Made by a program: the position numbers and the translations under genes. From Octopus sinensis (taxonomy: Eukaryota), in assembly GCF_006345805.1 (NCBI RefSeq), contig NC_043001.1, positions 128,898,001 to 128,962,000 of the forward strand: a stretch of 64,000 bases of DNA, given 5' to 3'. Shown here in pieces: positions 27,085 through 40,061 of this stretch (the first letter of the stretch is position 1; each line of letters starts with the position of its first letter). Below the pieces are notes generated by a model. The model was not told the origin of the DNA. It was given only the letters and a program-made list of their open reading frames with translations, and made no database searches.

Positions 27085-27578
27085 TCATCATCATTATCAT
27101 CATCATCAGTATCATTTAACATCCGTTGTCCATGCTGGCATGGGTTGGATGATTTGACCAGGGCTGGAAACATGCACTGCTGTACCAAGCTCCAGTCTGA
27201 TTTGGCATGTTTTTTTCACAGCCTGATGCCCTTCCTAACGCCAACCACTCTGAGAGTGTAATGGGTGCTTTTACATGCCACAGGCACAGGTGCTATTTGT
27301 GTGACACCAGGATGTGTTTACATGTCACTAGCTCAGGTACCAATTTGTGCAACACTGGTATCTGCCACAACTGTGATTTAGCTTGGCTTGATGGGTCTTC
27401 TTCTCAAGCATGATATAATGTCAAAGGTCTTAGTCACTGCCTCTGTGAGGCCCAACACTCAAAAGGAACTCAGCTACTTTGTCTCCATGAGGTCCAATGC
27501 TCTAAAGGAACTCAGTCACCTCACCTCCATGAGGTTCAACACTCAAAAGGAGCTCAGCCACTTTGCCTCTGGGAGGAA
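27085..27578 (-). mobile_element. LINE 3' end, (GAT)n-tailed family, with ~42-bp internal subrepeats
   Basis: Terminal codons resembling HYIMLEKKTHQAK lead to the tggcgttaggaagggcatc...aacccatgccagcatgg...gatgat tail. Confidence 0.8.
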
Positions 27579-27581
27579 ACT

Positions 27582-27870
27582 TTTGCCAACTGGGAGGAAA
27601 CGGCAAAAAACAGACCACTCTGGAAAACCACCATCCATGAGGGAACGGCGAATTTTGAGTCGAAAAGGTCTGCAGAGCTGGAGGAGAAAAGACGACGATG
27701 GAAGGAGCGCCAACAACAACCACGTGCGACTCTCCCTTCCGGCACTAGATGTCCGCACTGTGACCGATCTTTTCGAGCAAGAATTGGTCTTATCAGTCAC
27801 CTGTGGACTCACCAATAAATTTGCGCGAAGACCATCATCCTCGACCTTGAGGGATTGCCATAGTAGTAGT
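27582..27870 (+). pseudogene. RTE-clade LINE 3' end with C2H2 zinc finger, 5'-truncated
   Basis: 27588-27818 open: NWEETAKNRPLWKTTIHEGTANFESKR...RCPHCDRSFRARIGLISHLWTHQ*, followed by a short UTR and (TAG)n tail. Confidence 0.9.
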
Positions 27871-27889
27871 AGTATTATATATATATATA

Positions 27890-28084
27890 TAGTTTTATTT
27901 TGGGATGGTCATTTTCTCTTTTTTCTTTGTTTTTGCCAAATAAACACATATACTTCGTCCTTCACTTGTTTATTATTGTTCCTATTTTATTATTTTAACT
28001 CATGTGCATTTCCTGGAAATCTTTCATCACACATCTGTGACCTCTTCAGTGACACTATTCATTTTCGTCTGTGTTCTTGAAATA

Positions 28085-28116
<32 letters not shown>

Positions 28117-28740
28117 GATATAGATACAGGTATCGCTTTGTGGTAAGAAGTTTGCTTCCCAACTACATAGTTCTACGTCCAGTCCCACAGAGTGACACCT
28201 TGGGTACATGTCTTCTACTCTAGCCCCAGGTTGACTAAAGCCTTGCGAAGTGCATTTGGTAGACAGAAGCTGAAAGAAGCATCTCATGTGTGTGTGTATT
28301 TGTGTAAGTGTTTGTCCCCAACCAAGACCAGAATGGAGTAAGTGGAGCAAGAACACATATGAAAACGAAAAGTGTCACTCAAGAGGTCATGGATGTGTGA
28401 CAAAAGGTTTCTGGACAATGGACAGGAGTTACAATAACAAAATAAAAACAGTAATAAACAAATGAGGAGAAAATATATAGTGCATGTGTTTATTTGGCAA
28501 AAAAAAAAGAGAAAGAACCATCCCAAAATACAATATCTGCTTCAACACACAATTTCACATCAGGAATCTTGCATAATGAATTGATAAACGTAAATATATA
28601 TATATATATTATGGAGATGTACTCGCATAGCAAGTAATTTGATCTGAGATCGTGTGCTGAAACGAAAACAATTGCAGCGTGGAAGGTGTTTATAAGCCAT
28701 TTAAGAAACACACAAAAGCCGTTCGATTCACTTCAACATA
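27890..28740. mobile_element. PLE-associated non-coding repeats (inverted pair 27890-28080 / 28330-28530; ggagatgtactcgcatagc module 28612-28740)
   Basis: The ttttgccaaataaacac module also abuts the PLE RT at ~36930-36990; the second module recurs at 33412-33600. Confidence 0.55.
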
Positions 28741-28977
28741 TATATATATATATAGAAACACACACATATATATATACATATATGTATACATATATACATA
28801 TAAATATATACATATATACATACATACATACATATACATATATACATATATACATATACATACATACATATACATACATATATATATACATACATACATA
28901 TACATACATATATATATATATATAATATATACATATATACATACATACAGATATATATATATACATATATACATATA

Positions 28978-29008
<31 letters not shown>

Positions 29009-29014
29009 CATATA

Positions 29015-29071
<57 letters not shown>

Positions 29072-29899
29072 TACATATATATAACTCTTTACCACACAAC
29101 ACACATACAACTTGAATTTACCTAAAACATTACAAACTCAAGCATTTCTATGTTCAGTAAATATTAAACAGACAGGTCAAGGAAACAATCCAAATCTCCC
29201 AATACTATATTATGCTCCGTGTGCTCAAAAAGTAAAGACATTGCCTACTTCTGCATTCAGGTAGACCATACATCCAAGACTTGTGTCAGCATGACATCAA
29301 ACCATTTCAAACAAAGATACTACTTTCATTCTCATGTATTAAAAACATCCCAGACTTGGCCAAGGATTGCTAAACTTCTACATTTGGGAGATGAAGAATA
29401 AGTCTACATTCTTTTACCTAAGCTGGGAAAATTGGGGGGGGGGGGAAGAAATACTTTGGAAATAAGAAACTTTGCAATCTTGGCACCTCTGGAAGCTTGG
29501 AAACTTTATTTGCTCTGCTGAACAAAATTCTAAATACTTCTCATTTTGTATGCCAAGCACATCTAAGAGACAAGCATTTTCACCCATCAACTAACGAAAA
29601 CTACTAATTGGTTGATTATATTCCTTCTGTTAAACAAAAGTTTGATCCACTATTTTATTTTAGGTCTAGTCTTGTTATCTAATTTTATCAAGCTCTTTAC
29701 ATTTCTGTAGATTTATTATAATTTCTGCGCCTTATATTTTTATGTGTTGGGAGTGTATATATGGAAATATGCATGTACATATGAGAGTATGTATGTATGC
29801 ATACATGAGCATGTATGTGATGTACATATATATATATATATAGTCAATTCAAACATGAATAAGCAAAAAAAAAAACAACACGACATGGAATAAGTACAG

Positions 29900-29930
<31 letters not shown>

Positions 29931-30058
29931 CTATATAGAGGGCATTATTACACATAAATGCCACATGCTAGGAGGGACTTTCAAAGTCATCACTACCAAA
30001 AATAAACGAATCGTACCGAATACAGCTCTCGAAGCAAGACATTTAGAAAAAGAACTTA

Positions 30059-30122
30059 GTTCCAGATCACTTGTGATTTCGCAATTAACGTATTATCTAC
30101 GTCTTTTGTTCATCAGTGAAAC
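30059..30122 (-). ncRNA. Type I hammerhead ribozyme, near-canonical
   Basis: GUUUCA-CUGAUGA-[ACAA..GACGUA-gauaa-UACGUU..UUGC]-GAAA-UCAC-aa-GUGA-UC-UGGAAC: 6-bp helix I, genuine helix III, AUC triplet. The only defect is A10.1.C11.1. Confidence 0.85.
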
Positions 30123-30590
30123 ATTCAGAACACATCAAAAATAAACAAAACCAAACATACCTAGCGGAACCGAACAGACAGCTATATATATATAGCTGGG
30201 CTCAAATCTCATTTGCAGACCCAGAAAAAACAAACTTCCACCAACTACTCTGCCTATATCCCTGTGCACACCTTTCAATACTGTGTATACCATAAGGTCT
30301 GCAAATCTAATGGAGTCTCAAAAGACATTTGAAGATCCACAAAGATCAGAACTTAACTACAGCTCTTGGTGGTCCTAATCAGATATGCAATCTACGTGGG
30401 TGTCTTTTCAATACATTGTCTGGTTTAAAATGCTACATCAGATGCCATGATGAATCTATGGTGTAAGTACAAGAGGCAGTCAGACTGTGTAAGGAGTAGG
30501 CAACCACCATACATATATATATTATTCTTAACATAATTTTTCCTAAATATTTTTCCAACTTATCCTGTATTTCTATATTCATCATACATA

Positions 30591-31000
30591 GGTGCAGGAG
30601 TGGCTGTGTGGTAAGTAGCTTGTTTACCAACCACATGGTTCTAGGTTCAGTCCCACTGCGTGGCACCTTGGGCAAGTATCTTCTACTATAGCCTCGGGCC
30701 GACCAAAGCCTTGTGAGTGGATTTGGTAGATGGAAACTGAAAGAAGCCTGTCGTATATATGTATATATATATATATACATGTGCTTGTGTGTGTTTGTGT
30801 GTCTGTATTTGTCCCCCTAGCATTGCTTGACAACCGATGCTGGTGTGCTTATGTCCCCATTACTTAGCGGTTCGGCAAAAGAGACCGATAGAATAAGTAC
30901 TGGGCTTACAAAAGAATAAGTCCCGGGGTCAAGTTGCTCGATTAAAGGCGGTGCTCCAGCATGGCCGTAGTCAAATGACTGAAACAAGTAAAAGAGAGAA
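30591..31000 (+). mobile_element. SINE family A, full length
   Basis: Full match to family consensus. Confidence 0.95.
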
Positions 31001-31600
31001 AGAGAGTATACCCCATCAATCTTCTGTCTTCTCCTCAAATACATTTCTTTTATCACAAAATTAATTTTACTATTATTCTCCTTTTGTTAGGCCCATGGTT
31101 TCATCTTTTACATCATTTGGCATTATACCATATTATTCTAAAATGCTTTATACATTCAATTCTGTTCTTTAATGATGCATCATTTTCTGTTCAATGATAA
31201 CACATATGTTTCATTTAACACAAATTTGATTATGTTTTCCTTTTATTAGACACAAGATTGGGTCCACTATATATATATATACTTTATATAATTTTGTATC
31301 ACATTCATTTTTATACCTTAATTTCATCAATCTTCTCACACCTTTTGATAATTTTTACATTACTACTTCATGTCTCTATACAAACACACACCTGTGTGTG
31401 TGTGTGCATATGTGTGTGTATGTATGATCCATCCATCCATCCATCCATATACATATAGATGTGGCAGTCTTATATAAGGACGATTTTACTGTCTTTTAGC
31501 TCCAGGAAAATATCTTTTCCAGTTGGCTACCAGCACACTGTCTGTGCCTGTATAGTATAAGCAAGGAGGTCATTGCTCTCAGCTCTAGCCTTATGTGATA

Positions 31601-31645
31601 CTCACAGACCTAGGTTTCTGTGTGGTTACCCGTCCTCAGTGAGAG
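31601..31645 (-). ncRNA. Minimal type I hammerhead (left arm)
   Basis: CUCUCA-CUGAGGA-C-GGGU-aacc-ACAC-A-GAAA-C-CUAG-GUC-UGUGAG; intact core, GUC site, palindromic helix III ACCUAGGU. Confidence 0.85.
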
Positions 31646-31737
31646 TTAATTACCAGCTAGTGATGAAGGCTCTCTCCACTTGCAAATACTATATGTTTTA
31701 CAAGCGACACGACTCTTCATCACTAGCTGGTGATTAA

Positions 31738-31782
31738 CTCACACAGAGGACAGGTAACCACCCAGAAACCTAGGTCTTTGAG
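31738..31782 (+). ncRNA. Minimal type I hammerhead (right arm, U4A core mutation)
   Basis: CUCACA-CAGAGGA-C-AGGU-aacc-ACCC-A-GAAA-C-CUAG-GUC-UUUGAG. Confidence 0.75.
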
Positions 31783-32602
31783 TATCATGTAAGGCTAGAG
31801 GTGGGAGTGATGACCTCCCTTGCAAATGCTATACGGGCACAGACTGTGTGCTGGCAGCCATCTGGAAAAGATGTTTTCCTGGGGCGAAAAGACAGTCACA
31901 TTTGTTGGCAAATAAACTTTAAATTTATTAACTTTAAATTATTTAGTTACTTTCAACAAATTCCTTTCTATCATAATGATAATGAAGTTGATCACAACAA
32001 CTAACTTACCTATTTAGCACTTATAAACCGGCCATATCTTGGTTTATGTTCAAACTGGTCAGATCTAGCCTCTCACACCTACCCTCAAAATCTCAAAGCT
32101 ACATGATAATGCATGATTAATTCAAAAATCAGAAGGTTAAAGGGGTAAATATTTTTTGTTTTACTTGTTTCATTCACTGAATGGTAGTCATGATGGGGAC
32201 ACCATTTTGAAGGGTTTAGTCAAACAATTAGAGCCCAGTTCTTAATTTTTTAATCAGATACTTATTCTTTCAATCTCTTTTTTCTGAACTAAATCACATG
32301 GATGTAAACAGACCAACACTGGTTGTCAAGCAGTTGGGATTACAAGCACAAAGGCACACACACACACTTGCGCATGTGTACACACACATATATATATCTG
32401 TGTGTATATATATATTACGTTATATAATTAGGGTTCAGTAAAATAATTTACTTTACCACACACCGAACTTTTAGAAATAGCAGCCAAAAGATTTTAGCTA
32501 TTTCCTCTACTATAAGAAAAGTCTCCCAGACAATGTATACTCAAAAATAATTCACGCAGGTATAGAGGGAAAAATAACGAAAGATCACACGTACATCGAT
32601 TA

Positions 32603-32665
32603 CTTGAGAACGCCATTTCTGGATTAGTTGGATATAGAGATCAACATTTCCGTCATCAGCCCAAG
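32603..32665 (-). ncRNA. Type I hammerhead motif in a PLE-like terminal repeat (element ~32430-32705)
   Basis: CUUGGG-CUGAUGA-C-GGA..GUUG..CAAC..UCC-A-GAAA-U-GGC-GUU-CUCAAG; 6-bp helix I. Confidence 0.7.
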
Positions 32666-32706
32666 ATTTCTTTAGGTTTTGGATTTGAGAGCACTAAAAA
32701 TCGAAC

Positions 32707-32738
<32 letters not shown>

Positions 32739-34142
32739 TAAAAGTAATTAAATCAATGTCAAGTTGTAGAGTGACCAATGGTTTCGCTTTAGCCTCATTG
32801 ACATCCCATCAGACTCTAAAGCCAAAGATAAATGAATTCTTCACTTCTGGGAGGCAGGAATCCGTTATGGTCATTTGGTCAGTTGGTTATCAAAGAAAAG
32901 AAAGTCTATGGTCAGCTTTTTGTGGGCCAAAAGAGGGGGAACAAGGGGTTTATTTCTTCAGTTGCTTATGGGTCGTAAGGACATTAATAAATATAGGTGC
33001 CTCAACATGGCTGTAGTCTAATAACTGGAAAAAGTAAAAGATAAAAGATTTATATATATATTTATTAATGTTTGTTTTCATGTTTAGTCATAATATAAAA
33101 ATTATTTTATTAATCTGAAAAGTTACTCTATACTTTTGTAGAGTATAAATTTATTGTTTCTTTCTCAAGAATAGTCTTGATAGTGACTTCAAAGTTTTGG
33201 CCAGCTTAGCCATCATTGGATGTATATATTTGTGTGTGTGCATCATGAAAACAGGAAACACCATTAATATATGTATGTGTGTGTGTGTGTGTGCATATTT
33301 ATATGGTGCAGATGTGCCTTCTATTATAGCCTTAGGCTGACCAAAGCCTTGTGAGTGGTTTGGTAGATGGAAACTGAAAGAAGCCTGTCATATATATATA
33401 TATATTTATTACGGAGATGTACTTGCATAGCGAGTGACTTGATCTGAGATCGTGTGCTGGAATGAAAACAATTGCAGCATGGAAGGTGTTTATAAGCCAT
33501 TTAAGAAACACACAAAAACCGTTAGATTCACTTCAACATTTAAATTTAATTTGTCAAACTATTTTTGTCGCTTTGAGACCGCGACCTGTTCGCTGAAAAA
33601 ACTTTGTATATATATATATATATATATTATATTAAATTAGAGATAAAACCACTATTAGGCAAATCAAACAGTGAAAAACATAAGCCAATACATAAAATTA
33701 ATTTAAAAATATAAAAGTTAAAATAAAAAATATTTAATAATTAAACTTATAAATTTTATATTATATACAAATAATTATATATTTATGTATGCATATTTTA
33801 TATTTATTTTTTAATTATTATTTATTTAATTAATTAATTAATTAATTAATTAATTATTTTTATTTTTTTTATTTTTATTTTATTTTTATATATATAGATA
33901 TATATATATATTATGTATGTATATATTTATCTGTATGATTGTCTGTGTTTGTCTTCCCACCATTGCTTGACAACCAAGGCTGGTGTGTTTATGTCCCCAT
34001 AACTTAGAAGTTTAGCAAAAGAGACTGAAAGAATAAGTACTAGGCTTATGAAGAATAAGTCCTGCGGGGCGATTTCTTTAACTAAAACCCTTTAAAGTGG
34101 TTTTCCAGCATGGCTGCAGTTAAATGACTGAGACAAGTAAAA

Positions 34143-34202
<60 letters not shown>

Positions 34203-34217
34203 GTGTGTGGGTGTGTG

Positions 34218-34261
<44 letters not shown>

Positions 34262-34362
34262 ACAAAGGGTAAAATTAATTAATTAAGAAGAAGTAATCAA
34301 TAATTTCACCCAGTAGAATTTGGTATGAAAAAAGGACCATTTCACGGTAAACTTAAGTAATA

Positions 34363-34602
34363 CTTATAATAAGGGTTCAGCAAAGATTTGCTTTACCACC
34401 TACCAAAGTTTAGAAATAGCAGCCAAAAAATCTTAGCTATTTCTTCTACTTAAAAAAGGACTCCTAGAGAAAGTATTTTCAAGTATTTTCGTTTCTCTAG
34501 AAGTCCCTTTTTAAAGTAAAAGAAATAGCTAAGATTTTTTGGCTGCTATTTCTAAACTTTGGTTTGTGGCAAAGCAAATCTTTGCTGAACCTTATTAATA
34601 AG
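34363..34602. repeat. Inverted repeat (~105-bp arms) made of the same terminal sequence as the 32430-32705 element
   Basis: gggttcagcaaagatttgct...agaaatagcagccaaaaaatcttagctatttc and its reverse complement. Confidence 0.9.
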
Positions 34603-35134
34603 TATATATATATCTATATATCTATATGTATATACTCACACATACATATATTGTTATGCAATATATCCCTGGTTCTCTCATATAACTGGTCAGAATGTTA
34701 CCAATGGTTTTGCACTATCGATTACACTTGACAATTTTGATGTGTCTTTAGACATGCTGGCCAGAAGAAGTCTTGGACATTTACCCACTAGGACAATTAC
34801 TTCTAAGCAGTTAACCCCAGATGTGTACAATGTTTTCTGATCTATAAACTGCTATTTTTTACCCGGGAAATTTAGTGTGTGGCTTAGAGAAAGGTGTGCC
34901 TAGTGCGAGTGTATTTTTATAAGTTTCAGGAGGAAAATAATTTGTGTATGGAGATCGAATGATTCCACTGATTTTTGTTAGAGGAAAAGTTGGTCGGTTG
35001 AACAAAATGAAAAACTCGTTTTTTCCTTTGTCTTCACATTTTCTGATATATATATATATATAATATATATATATATATTAATATTAAATTAGAGATAAAA
35101 CCACTATTAGGCAATCAAACAGTGAAATATTCAA

Positions 35135-35210
35135 GAAGTTGCTTAAACCACAAACCGAAAATATTAGAAATATTCTATTTCTAATATTTTCGGTATGTGG
35201 TTTAAGCAAC
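35135..35210. repeat. Near-perfect hairpin (~35-bp arms)
   Basis: agttgcttaaaccacaaaccgaaaatattagaaat / atttctaatattttcggtatgtggtttaagcaact. Confidence 0.85.
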
Positions 35211-35353
35211 TTGTTGCAAAAAACCCTTTATTATAATTATATATAATTTTTACCGAATATGGTCCTTTCCATACCAAATGACTACTTGGTGAAATTTATT
35301 GATTTTATTAAATTAATTATATTTCACCCTTTATATATATATATATATACATA

Positions 35354-35536
35354 TGGCAGGTGGCACGTAAAAAGCACCCACTACACTCACGGAGTGGTTG
35401 GCGTTAGGAAGGGCATCCAGCTGTAGAAACATCGCCAGATAAGACTGGAGCCTGGTGCAGCCTTCTGGCTTCCCAGATCCCCGGTCGAACCGTCCAACCC
35501 ATGCTAGCATGGAGAACGGACGTTAAACGATGATGA

Positions 35537-35540
<4 letters not shown>
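35354..35540 (+). mobile_element. Young LINE-derived 3' tail with (GAT)n, inserted in (TA)n
   Basis: ggcacgtaaaaagcacccactacactcacggagtggttggcgttaggaagggcatccagc...cggacgttaaacgatgatgatgat. Confidence 0.9.
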
Positions 35541-35570
<30 letters not shown>

Positions 35571-36267
35571 CTGAATAGAAGCAATTATGCGGATAAACAA
35601 ATTAAATATTAACAGCTTGGGTATGAGATACAAAATATGTATATATGTATACCACTGAACAGAAGAAAGCAAAAACTGAAGATTTTTCAGGCAGCTATTT
35701 AAGTATAAATATATGTTTATATATTAATAGATCAAACTTACACAGAGTACAAAATGACTAGTGAAAAATAAAAGGGGAAGAAGTAAGGTGTTATAAGTCC
35801 AGCAGCTGTTTCTGGGGGGGGGGGGGGCTGATATGCTAAAATAAAAGCTAAATTCTGATATCAACCATTCTTGTTCACCGATTGGACAATTTGCTTTACT
35901 TGATTTGAGATATTCAATGTTCTTTAGCATTCAAGTCTTAAAAGAGCCTGTCTTTTGATGCAACTCTGCAGCCAATAAGCACATAAATGAAATGCATTAA
36001 GTATGTGACATCAGTAAAAGATGTACAGTAATCCCTAGCCATGTCGTGGTTCACCTACTATGGTTCACCTACTGTGGTTCACATATTGTGGTCTATTATT
36101 TAAGCTTACGTTGATCACTCCATGGTGTTGTTTTGTATTTACAATAAAAATATATATACAAATTATAAAAATAGAAAAAATATACAGTACAGTACTGTTT
36201 CCACACCATGGATTTTCACTTATTGTGGAGGGTTTTGGAATGTAACAGCCATGATAGTTGAAGGATT

Positions 36268-36298
<31 letters not shown>

Positions 36299-36768
36299 GA
36301 TTGATTGATTGATTTGATTGATTCTAGTTTCAGCTCATGAGCTGTGGCCATGCTGGGGCACCGCCATTTGGTGTTGCTACATGGTTTTACTTCACGAATG
36401 CATTTTAGCAACTGCCATTTGGTGCATGAGAGAGTTCGATGCAGCTGCCCTCATATATATATATATACACACATATATATATATATATATACACACATAC
36501 ACATACAGGCACACACATTTATATATATATACATATTTATGTATGTATGTATACATATCTATATATGGATATATATGGAGATATATATATATATATATAT
36601 ATTCTTTTACTATTTTATTCTTTTACTTGTTTCAGTCATTTGACTGCATCCACACTGGAGCATTGCCTTTAGTCAAGCAAATCAACTCCAGGATTTATTC
36701 TTTGTAAGCCTAGTACTTATCCTATTCGTTTCTTTTGCCGAACTGCTAAGTTACGAGGATGTAAACAC

Positions 36769-36826
<58 letters not shown>

Positions 36827-36989
36827 TACACATATATATATATACTTATTTATATATATATATATGTGTGTGTGTGTATATATATACATGTGTATATATA
36901 TATGTGTGTGTGTGTATGGACATGAGTTAGAATAAGAGCAGTAATAAAAGAGTGAAGAACAAATATATAGTGTGTATGTTTATTTGGCA

Positions 36990-37545
36990 AAAAAAAAATG
37001 GATTCCGTCGTGAATTTGATAGATGGGTGAAATGTGCTGAGTATATTATTATATATTTGTAGGTCCTCATTTGACTTGTCACAAAAAAAGAAGCAGCCAC
37101 CAAAGAAGTGTGTCTACTTTTTAATGACATATTTCTTGCAATCCTGATTAAAAAGCTCTCTCTACTTCCTCATAAAGCTTTTCTTCTAAGTATCCCATGA
37201 CTAGGTTAGCATATGAGGGTGCAAACTTCATCCCCATAGCCATGCCCTTTAAATGTCGATATGTTTTATTATCGAATCTAAAGGTGTTTTCTTCTAGTAC
37301 CAGGCATGTGGCATTAACAATGAAGCCAGTTTTGAAGCGTTCATTTATCCATCTTCTATGTTTCACTACCCAGTGTTTGACTTTTCCAAGCCCAAAATGT
37401 GAGGTTTTTTGGTGTAAAGATTGGTGACATCAAGGCTTGTAAGTATAGTACCTTCTGGGACACTGGGTAAAATATGCTAGAGGATATCTATGCTGTCCCA
37501 TATATAACTGGGCATTAATGGGCACAAATGTTTTAAGAGATGCAT
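36990..37545 (-). pseudogene. Penelope-like element reverse transcriptase relic
   Basis: LKHLCPLMPSYIWDSIDIL*..LTSLDVTNLYT..LVLEENTFRFDNKTYRHLKGMAMGMKFAPSYANLVMGYLEEKL..NILSTFHPSIKFTTE, matching PLE RT motifs with stops and frameshifts. Confidence 0.88.
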
Positions 37546-38277
37546 GTTTATGTATATATAGGAGTATACATATGTGTGAGTGTGTATGTATATATATATA
37601 TTATATATATATATATACACACACACACCACACAACATGTATATATATATGTGTGTATATATATATATATATGTATATAGTCCAACCCATGCTACCATGG
37701 AAAACGGACGCTAAATGATGATGATGATGATGATGATGATATATATATATATATAAGAATTAAAATGGAGGACAAGAGATGGAATGAACCGACGAATCGA
37801 AAACGAACCCGACGCGAGGTGCTGTCAGACAATAATGTAATAATTAAAATATATGCATACATACAAACATATATGTACGTACCTACATCTACATGTATAT
37901 AATTAGAAATAGAGTGATACAGAAACAATTGTAACAAATATTCATGCTGTGCTTGCTTAAGATAATCTTTGCCTTCTTACTTATATTAATACGTTACCCT
38001 TTAACACATTAGATTAGCACACTGGGTTTACCTGAGAGATAGGTGGAGTTCCTGCACCACTGGACTTCGAGTATTTTCAAAGATCCAGTAAAAGGATCAA
38101 GAGAGCCAGAAGTTCATGCTGAGTGCTGCTCTGGGAATACACTGATGTCCTGTTAGGACCTACACTACAGAAAATTATGCATAGAGAGGCATGAGTGCAT
38201 GTGTGCACACAAATGCACATGCACACTCACACATATGCACATGCACACACACACACATGTAAATACATATATGTGTG

Positions 38278-38326
<49 letters not shown>

Positions 38327-38343
38327 GTCTATCTGCCTATCTG

Positions 38344-38384
<41 letters not shown>

Positions 38385-38466
38385 ATATATATATGTGTGT
38401 GTGTGTGTGTATGTATGTATGTGCATATATGAAAATGAGATGACATATACATATGGACGTATACAT

Positions 38467-38497
<31 letters not shown>

Positions 38498-38662
38498 ATA
38501 TATACACACACACACACATACACACCTACTGATCTATACATATATATAAAAAAATAAGTATTGATTCATATATATATATATATAGTTATATATACATTCG
38601 GCATGATAGATCGCTAGCCACTACACATTCTTTATTTTCTCTCCTTGTTTCTTTCTGTGTTC

Positions 38663-38698
38663 CTTTCTGAGGAAGAGCATAGGCTCGAAACGTTAAAG
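38663..38698 (+). ncRNA. Minimal type I hammerhead (element ~38605-38795)
   Basis: CUUU-CUGAGGA-A-GAGC-auag-GCUC-GAAA-C-GUU-AAAG; helix III has no loop (AACGUU palindrome). Confidence 0.75.
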
Positions 38699-39035
38699 AC
38701 TTTTTCACTTCTCGAGCGTTATACTAATACATCTGTTTGTTGTCTACACCACCTGTCTTCACCTTTTGTTTTTTTGTGAATTCTCCCTATATATACACAT
38801 GCATGTATGTGATTGTGTGTGTAGTTGTGTGTGTGCATATATATACATATAAATATAAAAGGGAGAGAGAGAGATAGACATATGTATATACATGTATGTG
38901 CGTGTAAAGATATATGTAAAGATGTGTGTATATAGGGAAGATGTATGAGGTTCGGACCCCTTCTATTCACATCACTTGATAATTGTAAATGAGCGTCACC
39001 ATCATATGAGTGGTGTCCTTCATTTCACATACATC

Positions 39036-39439
39036 TCTTTACTCTCTTTTACTTGTTTCAGTCATTTGACTGCGGCCATGCTGGAGCACCACCTTTAGTT
39101 GAGCAAATTGACCCCGGGACTTATTCTTTGTAAGCCCAGTACTTACTCTATCGGTCTCTTTTGCCGAACCGCTAAGTGATGGGGACGTAAACACACCAGC
39201 ATCGGTTGTCAAGCAATGCTAGGGGGACAAACACAGACACACAAATACACACATATATATATATATACATATATACGACGGGCTTCTTTCAGTTTCCATC
39301 TACCAAATCCACTCACAAGGCTTTGGTTGGCCCGAGGCTATAGTAGAAGACACTTGCCCAAGGTGCCACACAGTGGGACTGAACCCGGTACCGTGTGGTT
39401 GGTAAACAAGCTACTTACCACACAGCCACTCCTGTGCCT
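39036..39439 (-). mobile_element. SINE family A, full length
   Basis: Full match to family consensus. Confidence 0.95.
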
Positions 39440-39760
39440 TCTGTGAACATTTGTTGGAAATAGGCAACAGTTGGTGATATATTGATACCTTACATATTAT
39501 CAACATATTTTTCCTACAGTGCACACACACACACACATTGGGATGTTATTATCATATTTCCTTTCGTGTGCTACTTGCATTGTTTATGTCTCTTACATAA
39601 TTTCATACATAAAAAAAATTGCTTCAATAAATTCTGGCTGACCCATGGAGACACAGAAAAGGAGATGTTAAAACAAGGATGATGTTGATGATAGGAACAT
39701 ACAGTAACATTCATAAAATAGAACAATCTTTTATGCAATGAGAAATAGTTTGTCTGAGCA

Positions 39761-39791
<31 letters not shown>

Positions 39792-39996
39792 ACGTGAACA
39801 CACGTATGAGTATGTCCACAAACATATGCATGCACAAACATGTATATCTTTGTATATATATGGGCAGATATACATGTATATACACACAAATTCTTATACT
39901 TATCTATCTCGCTATCAACAAAAATGTATATATGTGTGTGTCTATATCTCACTATCTATCTATCTATCTATCTATCTATATATCTAACTATCTATT

Positions 39997-40027
<31 letters not shown>

Positions 40028-40028
40028 G

Positions 40029-40061
<33 letters not shown>

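Larger units (their letters stand above)
31488..31896. mobile_element. Fold-back element: two ~180-bp inverted arms, each carrying a hammerhead
   Basis: Arms 31488-31668 and 31715-31896 are reverse complements (roughly 85% by eye) around a ~46-nt spacer. Confidence 0.93.

Noticed and set aside
27388-28080. 230-aa ORF
   Set aside because: Chimeric read-through of an antisense LINE UTR, the wrong frame of the RTE fragment and a downstream repeat.
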